A program made the position numbers and the translations under genes. 64,000 bases of DNA from Takakia lepidozioides. Its lineage: Eukaryota > Plantae > Bryophyta. This document shows, piece after piece, positions 51,246 through 64,000 of the stretch. A model generated the notes under the pieces. The model was not told where the DNA came from. It did not search any database and worked only from the letters and a program-made list of their open reading frames with translations. How positions within the stretch are numbered: position 1 is the stretch's first letter; each line of letters begins with the position of its first letter. The DNA is taken from NCBI GenBank assembly GCA_030704615.1, contig CM060731.1, positions 77,996,001-78,060,000 on the forward strand. Reading direction: 5' to 3'.

Positions 51246-54200
51246 TTGATGGAGGTTGCAGAGTCCAAGATGGTTGTATACCGGCCAGCTCATAATGCAT
51301 GCACTTATAGGGATTTCTTTTTTCGACCTAGCATGGTGTTTTACTCGTCCTACACAACGGTCTCTTCTCATGTTCCCTGCCCTTGCAGTTTTGGTCCCCT
51401 TCCTCTCATGAGTTGCCTCCCTCCATCAATCCCTCACTTGCAAAATCCCCAAACAATTTTTGCTCCCCTACTGTCTGGTCCCCCCCCCGCCGCTCCCCCT
51501 GTATTCGCTGCCCATGTGTCACCTCCCTGACCATAGAATCGCCATGCATGTCATACCAGTACTCTCCGCACATGTCTGTTCCTATTTTCCCAGAATTGCC
51601 CCCGGTTTAAAAGCTGATTCTGTGTTGCATTTTTGCCTGCAGATCAATGCTTCCGCGGGAGAAATTGAGGCTATGCGGAAATCAGAGCGGGCATGGAGCA
51701 CCTGCAAAGACGGCGTTCCCTGTGCTTTATCCATTGGGGCTGGAGTTGGAAGATTTTGAGAGCTACCTTGTGGGAAAGAAGAGTACTCCATTCGTAACTC
51801 CCTCATTTCCGGTGAATGTTGTCCCCCCATCATGCCTGTCTCTTCTCCCCCTTCATCGTCTACCCCTGCCCCCCCCCGCCCGCCTTTGCTGCAAACAGGT
51901 ATGCTCCCCCCATCTCAGGTTCCCCCACCTCATGTCCCCCTTGCTTTATTCCCCCCTCTTCTGCTCCCTCGACTTCTTTCACGTCTGCTCCCCCCTCTGC
52001 TGCTCCCTCCTTTTCTGCTACCCCCTCATGTCTAGATCCCCAGTTTGATATTGTTGAACTATTGCTGGAGGAGCAAGACGTTTGACGTCTGCTTCCTGAA
52101 TTCCCTCTCCTAAGAACTGCTGAGGGATGTCGCGGCCCTTTGCCTTAAGGGCAGGGGGTCGGGATGCAGAGGGGCTGCCCCTGTGGTGGGGGCGGTGGCA
52201 GCAATAGGTACGGGGGGCTGAAGCACCCTTGAGTGCCCAAGGCACTCAAGGAGGCGGAGGCGCTCACTAGGTGGAGCCCCGTACACCAGGTTGCGGTGGG
52301 GATGGCTCCACAAGGGGTGGTGGTAGCTTAGTAGGACTTAGTGGGGATGACAAATGACTCACCATGGGGCGGAGACCTTGTGGTGGAAGTCGTGGGGAGT
52401 CTTGGGACTCATCACAGTCCAATGGGGCCGTGGTGGGTGGGCCAAGACTCACCGCGACTCATCACCGGGAGTTGAGGGTCTTCGTGGTGGTTTGCCATAA
52501 AATGGCAGGGTTGTTTGTGAAACCCCCGCGGACAGTCACAGAAGTATATATAGGGAGTAGTAACCCCCAGAACGGTGCAAGCCCGTTGGTGACCAAAAAC
52601 TAGTGAGTAAGCGAGCGAGCCGGAAAGCAACCAAGGAGTGGGGAGTTATTCCGGACTGCCATCTACCAAAGGGAATTTCCACTAGGCCCAAATTGGTGGA
52701 GGGTCTTTTGGAAGAGTAAAGGGGGACCGTTATGCCCCGGTGAGCAGCCGAAGCTCCGAGTTGGCCTGGCGGCCAGGTTGGGAGTTAGGCGTGCGCATCA
52801 AAGCGAGTAACTATGACTTGAAGGGGAGTTTACCGAAGTGAGGTGCGCGATAAGGGATTTGATGCCATTGTCTCTTTGGCTGAAACGTCAATGTCCAGCC
52901 CGACTGCCTCCGGTCCCTGTTCCCCTCCAAGTTTTTTTTACCATGGACCCTCGACCCCCTATTTCGTACTTGTATCCTTTGGCCGATTTAAGGCACGGCA
53001 TCTGCCCCAGTCATATCATGATGCTTTTTGCACCGCAGACTGCTCACAAACTGCCCTATCATGGATTTGGACTCTTCTTGCATGGAAGTTGGCGGATGTT
53101 TGGGAATTTTCAGAATCAGGAAAGTATGTTGAAAGAAGTGCTTTTGGCAGAGGGACAACTTAGATATGGTACAATGCAGGACAAAATCAAGATCGTCAAC
53201 TCCTGCCGAGCTTTTCTTCGCATGGTGCGTACCCGAGTGTTTCATGAATTTGCGGCAACGAAAACGGCCTATTTTCAACTTTTGTGGTGCAAGGGCAACG
53301 ATGCCGAACGCCTACGACGTGCAGCCAGGGCCTGGGAGGATCTATTGTTTAGGCGGGAGCACATTGATTTGGGATGCTACGTGCATCTTTTGAGTAGATG
53401 CATGCTTTTGCCTCTCCAAGAGTCTGTCATTGTGAAGATCAGAATTGGAATAGATGAATGGGGGAGCAAATTTTACAGTCGGGGATCAGGGGATCAGGGG
53501 ATCACGGGGGTCACAGCTAAGACACAAGCGCTTGTCTATGTGATAGGTGAGGCTGAGGCAGCTGATGTTGGAGTTCAAAATGCCATGGAGGAGGTCTTGC
53601 GAGCAAACAAGGTGTTGTTGGCGAGAAGACATGAACTACATGAGCGACGAGTGTCACCATATGCCCCTCACCTTTCCCACATTGATGTTGACGATTTCAA
53701 TTTATCATAGTTATCCCATCTTGCATTGCATATGACGTCGCCAACACCCTCACAGGTTGAAGACCTTCAAGCGCCTCATACAGATGCTTTTCAAGTGGAA
53801 TCTCCGACAGCAGGTTTCTACACACCCATTGCGGAAGTTGATGTCAATCCCATCCCCTCTCATACCGTTCTGCCTCACAGTCTTTTGTTAGACTCCCCAA
53901 GGGAATACTCTACTGCCCTCTTTGTCTCTGCTACCTCCGCCTCTTCTCCCCTTCCTATCTCTGATCCCTCCCAATGAGCTCTCTCCGCTAACCTCTCTGT
54001 CTCTACTGCCCCATCATCATGTGATGTCCCCGCCGCTGCTCCCCTTCAAATCTGTGAACCCGCATCAGGTGCTACCCTCCTCTCCACCCCCCCCCCCCTC
54101 TGTGTCTGCCACCCTCTCTGTTTTTGCTGCCCAACCATGTGATCTCCTCGCCTCTGCTCTTCTTCCATTATCTGCTCCCCCAAAAGTGGCTACCCTCGTC

Positions 54201-56480
54201 TCACCCCATGCTATCCCATCGGACTCATCTCCCTCCTCGCATGAGTTTTCTTTTTGTGCTCCCCCCTCATCTGATACTGCTTTAGTGTGTGTCAGTGCTC
54301 CCTCCCTTTCTGATCTCCCTTTAGCCCTGGCAGCCCCCACCCGTACTCCCAATTTTTTGTCTGCTCCCCCAGATCTATCTTCTATGAAGCATGCATCCGT
54401 GTGTGACCCTGGTCCCCCCCCTGTCTGCCCTGACTTCCACTCTTCTTCCCCACATCTGTCTGCTCTCTCGCATGCTACTGTGACTCCCTCTGGTCCCCCC
54501 CTGAGTGCTCCATCACCTGAGGTGTCATCCCCCAACGTTGTTCCCGATGTCATGCCTGCTCCCCCCCATGTATATGCCCTGTCGCAGACTGCTGTGTCTC
54601 TCTGTGGTCCTTCACTCTCTGCCCTTGTCCAATCACCTCTTTCAACTCATCCCGAGTCTGTGTGTACTTCCCACGTGGAGAGGGAGGATATGCCAAGAAT
54701 GGTGGATCCAACTGCCAGGTCTGGTAGATTTGCAGCTGTTTCCAGCCTTCTGCCGACGACACAGGCTGAGGTTATGCCAACGTTGGTGACCCCTGAATGT
54801 GACTCATTGCCAGGGCATACCAAATTGGAAACGGAAGGGTTTGTTCCACCCATGTCTGTTTTCCCAGGTGCACCCCCGTGTCATCCACAGGCCATCCCGT
54901 TGTTATCCGCACTCGCAGATCGTCTGGTCTCTCCCACAGCAGAGCGATTACTCCAGCCCCTTGGTACTGCTCCTATCGCTTCTACAGATCCTTGGAATAT
55001 TGAATTGGGGCTCACTCCTAGCTCCACATTCACCACGGGTCTGACGGTGCCTGGGCCTGCGGTTTCTGCTCCAACCCCCCTACACATAGGTTTGACCTCC
55101 GGCAAACCATCATCTGGCCCAGTAGCAGGTCGAACACGGCATAGGGTTGTTGCAAAAACTTCGGGACGCCAATTGCACCTGCAGGGGAAAGAGCAGGGTG
55201 ATCAGAAAGAAACAAAAGATAAGGGGAAGGTGAAGGAACAGATGAAGGGCAAGGGGGAGCAGAACGGAGAGGGGATCGGCAAGGGGAAGCAAAGACCCCC
55301 GAAGGACGAGAGGGAGCCGAAGCGTGCCACAAAAATCAAGGTGACGATGCGGGGGAGGGAGGAGAACCGTGCAGTTGAGGGGGAAAGTAAAGCTATCACC
55401 AGAACAGAGAAGAACGGAAGGTGAAATCTGGTCGGCCAGAACTCACTAAGTAAGTGGGCTAGGGCTTCCAACGACCAAGGGGGGACCAAATTCATGGTGA
55501 GTACATTCATCAGGGCTTATATGCATGATAGGGGGATGATATGGTTGCTTGAAAACACCCTTAACAGTTAATTGTCTACCTGTCTGACTTGATGAACTTG
55601 TGATAAATGCAGAAACCAGAATAGACTGAGGGAAAAGCTTCCAAAGGACAAGGGCTCCCTTATTTTCTTCAAAGGCACTCCACATGAGTCCATTCTGGGT
55701 TCATGGGATTACCTACGGTTGGCAAAATTGTATGGGGAAGCGGGGGATGGAGGGGTGTTTTTGTATGCCAATATTTTGCAGCTATCCTTGGAAGAGAGTA
55801 ATCGTTGCTGGTGGGCTGTGATGGACACACTGATATAAACGTCTTTAGAGGGTGTGTCCAAGGACGACCTTCACAAGATTTCCAAAGGTCTTGTAAATGA
55901 TTGGGTGGTTGAGACGTGCCTAGGGAAGGATCCAGATAAGGTTCAAACATGGTTCATCCCCTTGTGCACTGGGTCCATCCCTCAATCCTCCTATTTTGCA
56001 GCTTTGACTGACTTTGATTTGATTTGGAGAATGCAAAGCATTAGTGGTGTCTGGCCTCAAACACATGTGCGTTCTGCAAGGGCCATTGGAGTTTGATGGT
56101 TTTTGATAAGTCCAAGTTTGTTCATCTGAATTCCATGACATCATTCGGATCCCATAGCCAACTTGCCTTTGAAACCCGTCTTCGCACTTTTAGAGCATAC
56201 CTACACAAAGCCGAACCGGACTCAGTACTTTGGAAGGAAATAATGGCATGGGAGTGGTTGGAACCTGAGGTGCCACAACAACCAAGTGGCTGGGAGTGTG
56301 GCTACTTTGTAATGACTTTCATACAAAAATACTTGGAGACCAAGATCACATAAAAATGGGGGGCAACTTTTACAGCAGATTGGTTTACATGTGAGTGCGC
56401 AGTATCAAAGCAGGATTTTCTTTGTGGATGGATAGTGGATAATTGGGATGATGTTGATTTGCAGCGTAGACTGTCGCAGG
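51246..56480 (+). pseudogene. Large TE-borne gene: unknown N-terminal domain, Pro/Ser-rich linker, C-terminal Ulp1 (C48) protease
   Basis: ORFs 52838-53710 and 53726-53977 are in frame; 53922-55424 follows a frameshift. Then WVVETCL, WFIPLC, FVHLNSM and EVPQQPSGWECGYFVMTFI (Ulp1 Q-x5-CG motif). Confidence 0.65.
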
Positions 56481-56484
56481 ACAT

Positions 56485-57560
56485 GTGGAGGGGGGAACCA
56501 GGGGGACGGGTGGGGAGATCAGGGGATGAGGGAACCAGGGGAGCGGCGGGGAGAGCAAGGGATCAAGGAACCAGGGGAACAGGGCGGGAGATGAGGGGAT
56601 CAGGGAGGGAATGTCAGGAGCTGGACGGGAGATAAGGGGATGAGGGGACCACGGAGTGAGGGGATAAGGGACGGCAAGTTTCGAATCTGGGGATCGGGGG
56701 ATCAGGGAAGTAGGAGGATCGGGGGATCACGGGTGAAAAGTCGCGTGTGAAGGGGCAAGTTGTGAAAGGTCATGTCCGTGTCTTGCACTATGAAAGGTCA
56801 CGTCCCTTGCATATACGAGTGGTGCATAAGCATGCAACAAAAATTGAAAATAAACTCCAAAGCAAAATCTGAAATTTGCCCAACAATGGCCGAGAGCCGA
56901 GAGTCGGAAGATGACCCAGAGCCCACAAACTTTCGCTTTAGTCCAAGACAGTGTCATTTGCTCTCTGAAAGGGACGATGATACTGAAGCATCGGTTTTAT
57001 GGTGCACTGCCTTGCAAATGCAATGGTATCCTCCTTTTCAAATGGAGAACTTTGAATTGGTGGCTTCATGTTGGAAGCGAATGTATAATGGTTATGAGAC
57101 AGAATGGTTTTCAAAACCACATATACGGTGTCCGATATGTTATATACACTATGGGAATCCAAATGGTTCCCACTGAGGTCACCACAAATGTCTCTCATAC
57201 CACTGTGAATCGCACAAAACATCATGGGTCACTGAACACAAGGCGCTGGTTTCAATAATTGCCCCGTCGGATGACAGCCGCGCTGCCTTGTTGAGCGAAC
57301 TTTTTGGGTGATACATGGGGGAGCAGTGCACGGTGAAGGGGACCGGATATATCAATCTATTATGAAGCCGTAGGGGATCGGGGGATGAGGGGGAGCACTG
57401 AATGGGAAGGGGATCACGAAGAGCTGAGCACAACGTCGGGAAGCAGGGGTGTGAGGGGGCCAACTGTGATGAGAAGGGGGATGACAGGGATCAGGGAACC
57501 TCTGCAGGCTCAGGGGAGCAGAGGCCGAAGCAATACATGAAGAGGGGGATGCTGGGAGGA
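56485..57560 (-). repeat. GGGGATC/GGGGATG arrays (reverse orientation of the 49-50.7 kb motif) flanking a small ORF
   Basis: Purine-rich arrays at 56485-56730 and 57370-57560. Confidence 0.7.
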
Positions 57561-57913
57561 GGGGAGCAGTGTGCTTGCAATGCAAAAATGGTGGTAGGGA
57601 ACACACTAGAGACTGGCGGCAACCGTTTTTCAGTATTGGAATTTAGGAGTGGCTAAACATAATAGTGCACTGTAATTTGTGTTTTGCACATCACTGCAAA
57701 TGCATGCATACAGACTCAATTGCAATAAAATGTGGATGATCATCCACATCTCTTTCATTCCATTGTGAATTACACAACACATGTGTCACTAAACATAGCT
57801 TCAGTCATTTTGAATTATGAGAAATTGTTTGATACCAAATGTTTCGATGAGAATGCAATCTAAGGGAAATCAACAATCTGAATGGGAGCCCAAGAGCATA
57901 AACCTGCTTGCTC

Positions 57914-58975
57914 TCAACCCTTCAATCTGGGACACCCAACTTGACGAAGTGCATGCAAAATAGACGATGATGGAGGGATTGCTGAGATTCTTTTCGATCC
58001 AAGACGTCTTGATTTCCGTGACATAGAAACCTCTACCCAATCCTTTCTTCTCTTCAAACTCATTCTCGATCCATCCTGAACACGTTCAAACATTTTAACA
58101 AGATGTGGGTGGAAAAGACCCGTAGCCATGCGTCTGGCCATTTGCGCTAGCTTTCCTCTCGTCACACGAAGGTCACTCAAAAGATGGTTCTGAAGGGCCA
58201 TGTTACCTTTCACATAGACTTCCAAACCGAGCATCTCCTCTGCGATGGCCTTCATGACAGTTGCCTGCAATTCATGGCGGGGCTGCTGCTCGCCCAAGAC
58301 ATTGCCAGCCGGAACCGTGTGTGGTACAAGGGGATCAATGCCACACATGGGATCTGTGTCACACGGGGGCTCCGCAGCGGACAGGGGATCAAGGTCGAGC
58401 AGCTTGGCCATGCCCCCATCGAGTGTCCCAAGTCGTGTTCCACAAGTTCGGACAATTAAACCCTCTGGTACATGTGGCCGCAACATCTTGAACACCTTCA
58501 CTTGAGCTTGCATAGGTTCCCTTCCATGGCGTTAGGGCAGTCACAACAAATCCACTCGGATGCTGGATTGCATATAGTGTGTATAGTGCCTGGAGATGAC
58601 ATGCTTTTTACCTTCGCAGGATCCCCCATGTGCGGCAATTCCACGTTGGATTCCGGTATCTGCCCAGCCCATCCACACCGTATTTTGTACGAAATGTTCC
58701 ATCCTAGAGTTACGAATGAAACCTTTAGCTTTTAAGGTCAAAATGTACAAATAATGTGTGAGGAAGCTACCTGTTAGGATGTAGACCAAATCCAGTCGAT
58801 GCCCGTCCATTTTATGTCTTGTTTGGGACAAGCGCCTCTTCAGGTTGGCATGGTATGCTTCAATTCCAACATTCGTATCTTGTCCGGCATGTGAGATATT
58901 TCGAGCCCAACAACCCACATGTCTACTTTCGGGATCCACCATTTGTGGATATACAAGAAGAACAGTTCAGCTGCA
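57914..58975 (-). pseudogene. MULE transposase C-terminal fragment
   Basis: WARNISHAGQDTNVGIEAYHANLKRRL...HRLDLVYIL matches the TNxxxExxHxxLK...RxD motif around the catalytic Glu of Mutator transposases. The N-terminal part is absent. Confidence 0.75.
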
Positions 58976-59338
58976 GGATACTTTGTTTGTACATAGAAAG
59001 ATAGAAAGAGAAGAGTTCACACGATAACTTCTGGACACAAGAAGACCTTGAAAGAGGGAGCTCTAGATAGATTCAACTGGTTAGTGTCATTACGGTGGCC
59101 CTGCCTTCTCTCTTTGGCACCACGGATCACTCTTGGCCGCTGACTCTGTTTCGTACCAACACAATTGCGGAACGAGCTGATCAAAGAGCTGAGCTCGTAT
59201 CAATTGATCACATCTCACGAGGTTGTCATGCCTCTGATCTCTCTTATTACCCACCAATGTTGGTATGTATTTCGCATGACATGATCTACTACGTTTTTGA
59301 CAACCTCCTGATGATCACCACTTGCATACAGCTCCGCC

Positions 59339-59704
59339 ATGAGCAGCATTAATACAACCGGATCTAGTGCCTATTTTGACTGCAACATCTGCCTCGAAGC
59401 TCCAAACGGCCAGGCTATACTTACCAAGTGCGGCCACATCTTTTGCTGGCCCTGTATCCATAAATGGCTCCATGGTCGTACCGGTTTACCAGACCAGCAC
59501 AACAATCTCTGCCCAGTCTTCAGGAATTATATTGGTAGCTACGACAGCATAATTCCCATCTATGGTACTGTGGGGGACCACTCTCCAGTAACTACTACAA
59601 GCTCAGAGAATACTACAGAGGATTCTCCAGGGGTTACCATACCACCCCGCCCACAGCCGCAGGAGGCCAGCCCCGTTTCCGTACCAGTAGAAATTGGACG
59701 ATGA
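59339..59704 (+). pseudogene. RMA/RNF5-type RING-HC E3 ligase, degenerate
   Basis: FDCNICLE...TKCGHIFCWPCIHKW...CPVFR..IIPIYG..IPPRP. The eighth Zn ligand is Phe instead of Cys, and there is no C-terminal transmembrane anchor in frame. Confidence 0.7.
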
Positions 59705-61027
59705 TTCCATTTGCAATTGCTTCCACAAACTGAAGTCCGATCTGCTAACTACCGCGAGGAGCTACTGTTCTTCGGGTCAACAAGCTGAAGCTGGCTCTGC
59801 CAACTACAGGAGTTAGTGAGGAGTTAGTTTGCTCAATAGTAGCCTGTAGCTACGTAAATTGTGCATGCACATATTTTGCAGCTTCACCAGTGCATGTCTT
59901 CTGACACTAATGGTTTGTATGTTTGATCACTTTGTGTTCCGAGGAGATTTATGATATCCTTCTGGAACCTAGTGCCCAGGCTGCCTGATCAGTTCACGTT
60001 CATGGCGGCTATATTGAATAAGCTCTTAGTCTTTTATGGCACATGTGCCAGTCTCATTTGTATAGTTGACACTGCCCAGGATGGAGGCAAGTGTTGTGCA
60101 CATGTCAAACATCATGGGTCCAGTGAGATAGATTGCAAGAGCTCCCTACATTACTCAAACTGCACTGTCAGTGACATGATCTCTTAAGTACTTATAAAGC
60201 ATGAGGAACCTTATATATGTAGTCTTCTCTTTCCGCACGTGGTCGTGGACAAGAATGTATGTTTCTCCTTCTGATTTTCATGGAGTCCCATCATCCCCCC
60301 ATCATTTGCTCAAGAAGTGTTAATTGTACATAGTCTGTGCAGGGAGTGCAAGAATGGAGACACGAGCACTAACTATGGACAATCCTTGTCTGACTACCGA
60401 TGACATGTAATTTATTATAATTTTGTACACAGAATACTTGAACACAAGTCTTTGCGTCACGACCACAACACTGATTTCCAAGCTTTTGGATGGATCAATA
60501 CTTCCAAGATTGTGTTCGCCAGGTTCAGAAGCACTTGGATAAACAGATGCATCACGCTACTCTCTTGGGTCCAATTTCCAGCATGCAAGCTACACATCGA
60601 TTTTTTGCCACGATGTTCAAGCGCTAAGCACAATCACATGACACACATAATGTTGTAGACTAAAAAAGTACCAAGTAAAAGAGCAGACGTCAGGGCAAGG
60701 GACGTATACATGGTTCAATGCTCCTTGGTGAATATTAATAAGACAATGTCTTCAAAGGATCCCAACTTTGCAAAACATATCCATGTAGTCAGGAAGGATG
60801 GTAGGACTGAATTGGGCACCCTACTTTTGAGAGGGAGTTGACCAACAAGCACTCGTTTGGCACATGTGGCGATATGAGGACAGTATGTAAGATGAACATT
60901 TTGGACCAAGAGAGGTTGGGTCCGTAGAAGCTTCACCCAGCATAATCTCACAACGACCTCCTGTTAATTATGGAACTGATTGTTTGCTATCCAATTTGCG
61001 TTTATTGGTAATGATATCTGTAAAAAG

Positions 61028-61885
61028 GGAAAACCAACTTAATTCATCACATCAATATGCAAGCTAGTGCATACTCTAATTATCTTGGGCACCCCACCAC
61101 AACTCTTAAAAAACTATCTTTCAAAGTAACCACACTATGAGGCACCAAGCACATGGCTCATGGGAGCCCAACAAGTGAAGGGAAAGAAGAATCCATACAA
61201 GTCTTGGCACGGTTTCTCTCGACTGCAGAGACCAAACCTGCATATCTAGAGCTCTCGATATTCCTCTCAGATCGATAACTTGATTTGAAAACTCTTAATT
61301 TGTACGTACAAACACTAGGCACAGCTACATTCTATGAAATCTTGTACTACCTGCTTTAATCCTCGAAGAGCCTTCACTAACCATAGTGGGTAGGAATTAG
61401 AGATGTAGTACCAGCGATAAAGGCTGGAAGGGAAGGTTAACTTTAGGGTAGAAATCTGGCATATATATACTTTTAGAAATGCAAATTTCGTAGAAGTACT
61501 AATTAGAGCGTTGGCTTTCAACTTTCATCCTCCTGATCTGCTACAAGTTTCAAATCGGCGGGTGCCATATCTTGTGCCTGCACTCCCCTAACTAAACCAC
61601 ATTATGGCCTCCTGCTGAGGCTTTACCCAACTCCTAACTTTAAGCGAGATGTAGTTTCATAGAGTGCAATGATGCCTGTGTATGTTCGACACATGTTAGG
61701 AGGCTTCCTGGAGGCTTTCAAGAGCTATGAGCAAATAAGGGAAAAACCGACTTCATCACATCAATATGCAAACTGCACATGTGTTATTCTATCTAAGTGC
61801 CCTACCACAACTCTTGAAAAACTAATCTCTTTCAAAGTAACCACGCCATGAGGGAAGGGAAAAAAGAAGCCATACAGTTTCACGA
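61028..61885. repeat. Diverged direct duplication (~150 bp) downstream of the F-box gene
   Basis: TTCATCACATCAATATGCAA...ACCACAACTCTT.AAAAACTA..TCTTTCAAAGTAACCAC at ~61043 and ~61752. Confidence 0.7.
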
Positions 61886-61981
61886 ATTGAAACATGTTGT
61901 AAATGAAAAGAAAAGCTTTTCTAGACTTTTGCACCGAGACTAAGACCGCTAACCAAACCCATAACACTCCTGAATTCTACC

Positions 61982-63112
61982 CTATTTCGTGATTGGCAGA
62001 AAGAATCCATGGGATGTCCATGTGTGTTGCTTCATGTCGTACATCACAACTAATTCATCGCCATGTGGATATACTCTCCTCCACACTAATATGAGATTGT
62101 CGTGGCTCACCACTGTAAAATGGGCGTAGATATTGTCCAAACTAGTTCCGGCAATCTCTGTTGTTGCAATCTCCAGCCACTTTAGACTCTTTGTAGAAAC
62201 TTTCAACTCCCACACACGGAAGATAATTCTACGTATTGCCGAGGGGTCATCTCTAAGACTACTAAACCATCTACATATTGCCAAGGGTTTCTGTCGACGA
62301 GTAATAACCGCAGCTAGCTATAGGCGCTCGTTTCTCTCTAAAGCCTTCGAAGGACAAGCTAGAATACCACGTCCACCAAAATCAGGCGTTTGTACAGCAA
62401 CTTCAGTCCACACACTTGTACCAATGTCACAAGCCATCAAGTGGTGGCCTTTCTCTCGTATATAAAATATAGCAAAGAGAGTAGGCCCACATATCACACT
62501 TCCTGAACAGTACGCATCATCTTCTGTGGGCATCTTTCCAGTCTCGGTCCAACACTCGCAAACTGAGTCGTAGATGTCTGTTCTCCAACGTCTCCTGCTG
62601 TCGTAGCAATACTTGTGTGACATCACAAGGACCTTGTAGGTGCTGCTGCATCGATCCACAATCATATGCACCATGTTTACATCAAGGAAATATGTTGAAT
62701 TGTTGTGAGGCAGGGCGGGCAATTGTCTGGAACTGTTCAACAGAGGATTGCACACAATCCATGAACCTTTGTCCTTGGCCATTATGCAAAATAAGCCTCC
62801 ATTTGCAGCACAAATTCTGTAAGATGATCGGAATTCCTTGGGGAATTTGGGGCCCATCTCGTGCCACCGTCCAGTTGTGGGGGCATACAACATGCACATA
62901 TCTTGGGTTTTATAACTGTCAAAGAACAAGAGATAGGAGGAGACTTGGCGAAGAGGGAGGTGCTGACAGAGTTGTTGGAAGAAAGCAGTAGATGGGAGGG
63001 AGTTCCACAACTTGCAAACCGACTTAAATTGGGCAAGACTGCGATACGGCAACCAGGCCAACACTACCATCACTAACTCGAAAGGGAGCCTGCTCCAGAT
63101 CTCCTCCTCCAT
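61982..63112 (-). pseudogene. F-box/kelch-like protein with one in-frame stop
   Basis: IWSRLPFELVMVVLAWLP..LAQFKSVCKLWN F-box, then AANGGLFC, IVCNPL, YKVLV, TDIYDS..W. TAG at 62318-62320, and the same frame continues to 61982. Confidence 0.85.
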
Positions 63113-64000
63113 ATTGCCCACCAGGTCGTTCGGCGACAAAACCTCTCCAATTGTGCTCTTGTGATTCTAACCTTAACGGACAAGAACAGAAGGGAAAGAA
63201 AAACAGAGTCTTCAGCCTCTGAGATTTCATACCCATGAGCCCCGACTATTGTTGGTATCATGTCTAAAGCCTCGCTCTTGCTTTTACTATTCTGGTACTG
63301 CAACCTTCTTTGCTAGCCATCCACTTGCTTTTTATGTTGTGGTATGTACATAGAAACCTGGCAGCGCCGTGGAAGCTGGATAAACAGGCGAGTCCCGGAC
63401 ACTCTTGCTCTTCACGGAGGTCACAAACAGCAGGTGTGTTTGAACAATATTGGTGTGGAAGGTTAGTAGTTAGAGGGAAGCTGCACTGAGCCAATGGAGC
63501 CTGGGCGCTGACTGTTGGGAGCATGATGCAGTCGGCTGGTGCAGGCGATGCAAGCAGGTGATCCCTGGTATCAGAGTTGGCCTTCTGTGCAACAAGCTGT
63601 TCCGCATGTAATATCCCAGGTCACTGCACGGCCTAATTCCATGCTTTTGACGGTGCCAAGAGAATACAGCAAGCATGGAGGCCGGTAATGCAAAAACAGT
63701 CGGTCCCCGACAATGCTATCGGTAGCCTCAACCTCAAATCTGCTCAGGTGATACTCAGATCAATCGGGAAAGAGCCCGGGCGCGTGGAAGGAGGCCGCGA
63801 ATGGCAACTGCGCTCCCTAGTGTTGCTACACAACGTAACCCTTCTCATTTGCAGTATTTAACTGCACATTGTGGGTGCACTTGCAGTGCTGTACACACAC
63901 AGAGAAACAGGAACATGCCAACCAAAAATGGTATGAAATATCAGATCCATACCAGTCAAAATACCACTTGTTCAATGTCAAGCTGCCCATAAACATCCGT

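Larger units (their letters stand above)
48990..59000. mobile_element. Mutator-like (MULE) element with Ulp1 cargo, truncated; boundaries approximate
   Basis: Abrupt switch to GC-rich GATCCCC arrays, a Ulp1-like gene on plus and a MULE transposase C-terminal fragment on minus. No matching TIR pair or TSD found. Confidence 0.6.

Noticed and set aside
63264-63992. Short ORFs at the window end
   Set aside because: No recognisable domain or consistent exon structure; probably UTR or promoter sequence.

Overview
Eukaryotic nuclear DNA with GT-AG introns. A Tcn1-type chromovirus and a conserved plastid-type gene suggest a non-seed land plant (inference). The first ~36.5 kb is AT-rich and filled with nested, decayed transposons: a small element with terminal inverted repeats (TIRs), fragments of an endonuclease-encoding Helitron (Helentron: RPA-like OB fold, OTU, Rep N-terminus, PIF1 helicase, EEP), a self-priming Tcn1-like chromovirus, and a tRNA-Met-primed chromovirus split by an inversion. 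Undoing that inversion and removing the second chromovirus restores a spliced pseudogene for a bacterial-type class-beta N4/N6 DNA methyltransferase-like protein. Beside it lies a ParB-like (DGNHR) pseudogene that is probably the 5' half of the same gene. Both are flanked by repeats carrying a CCTTCG-N5-CG(A/T)AGG dyad. The right part holds an apparently intact ~1347-aa protein with six LOTUS/OST-HTH domains, a conserved 6-exon plastid-type gene, a truncated Mutator-like element with Ulp1 cargo, a degenerate RMA-type RING gene and an F-box gene with one in-frame stop. All domain calls come from reading motifs by eye; no database searches were run.
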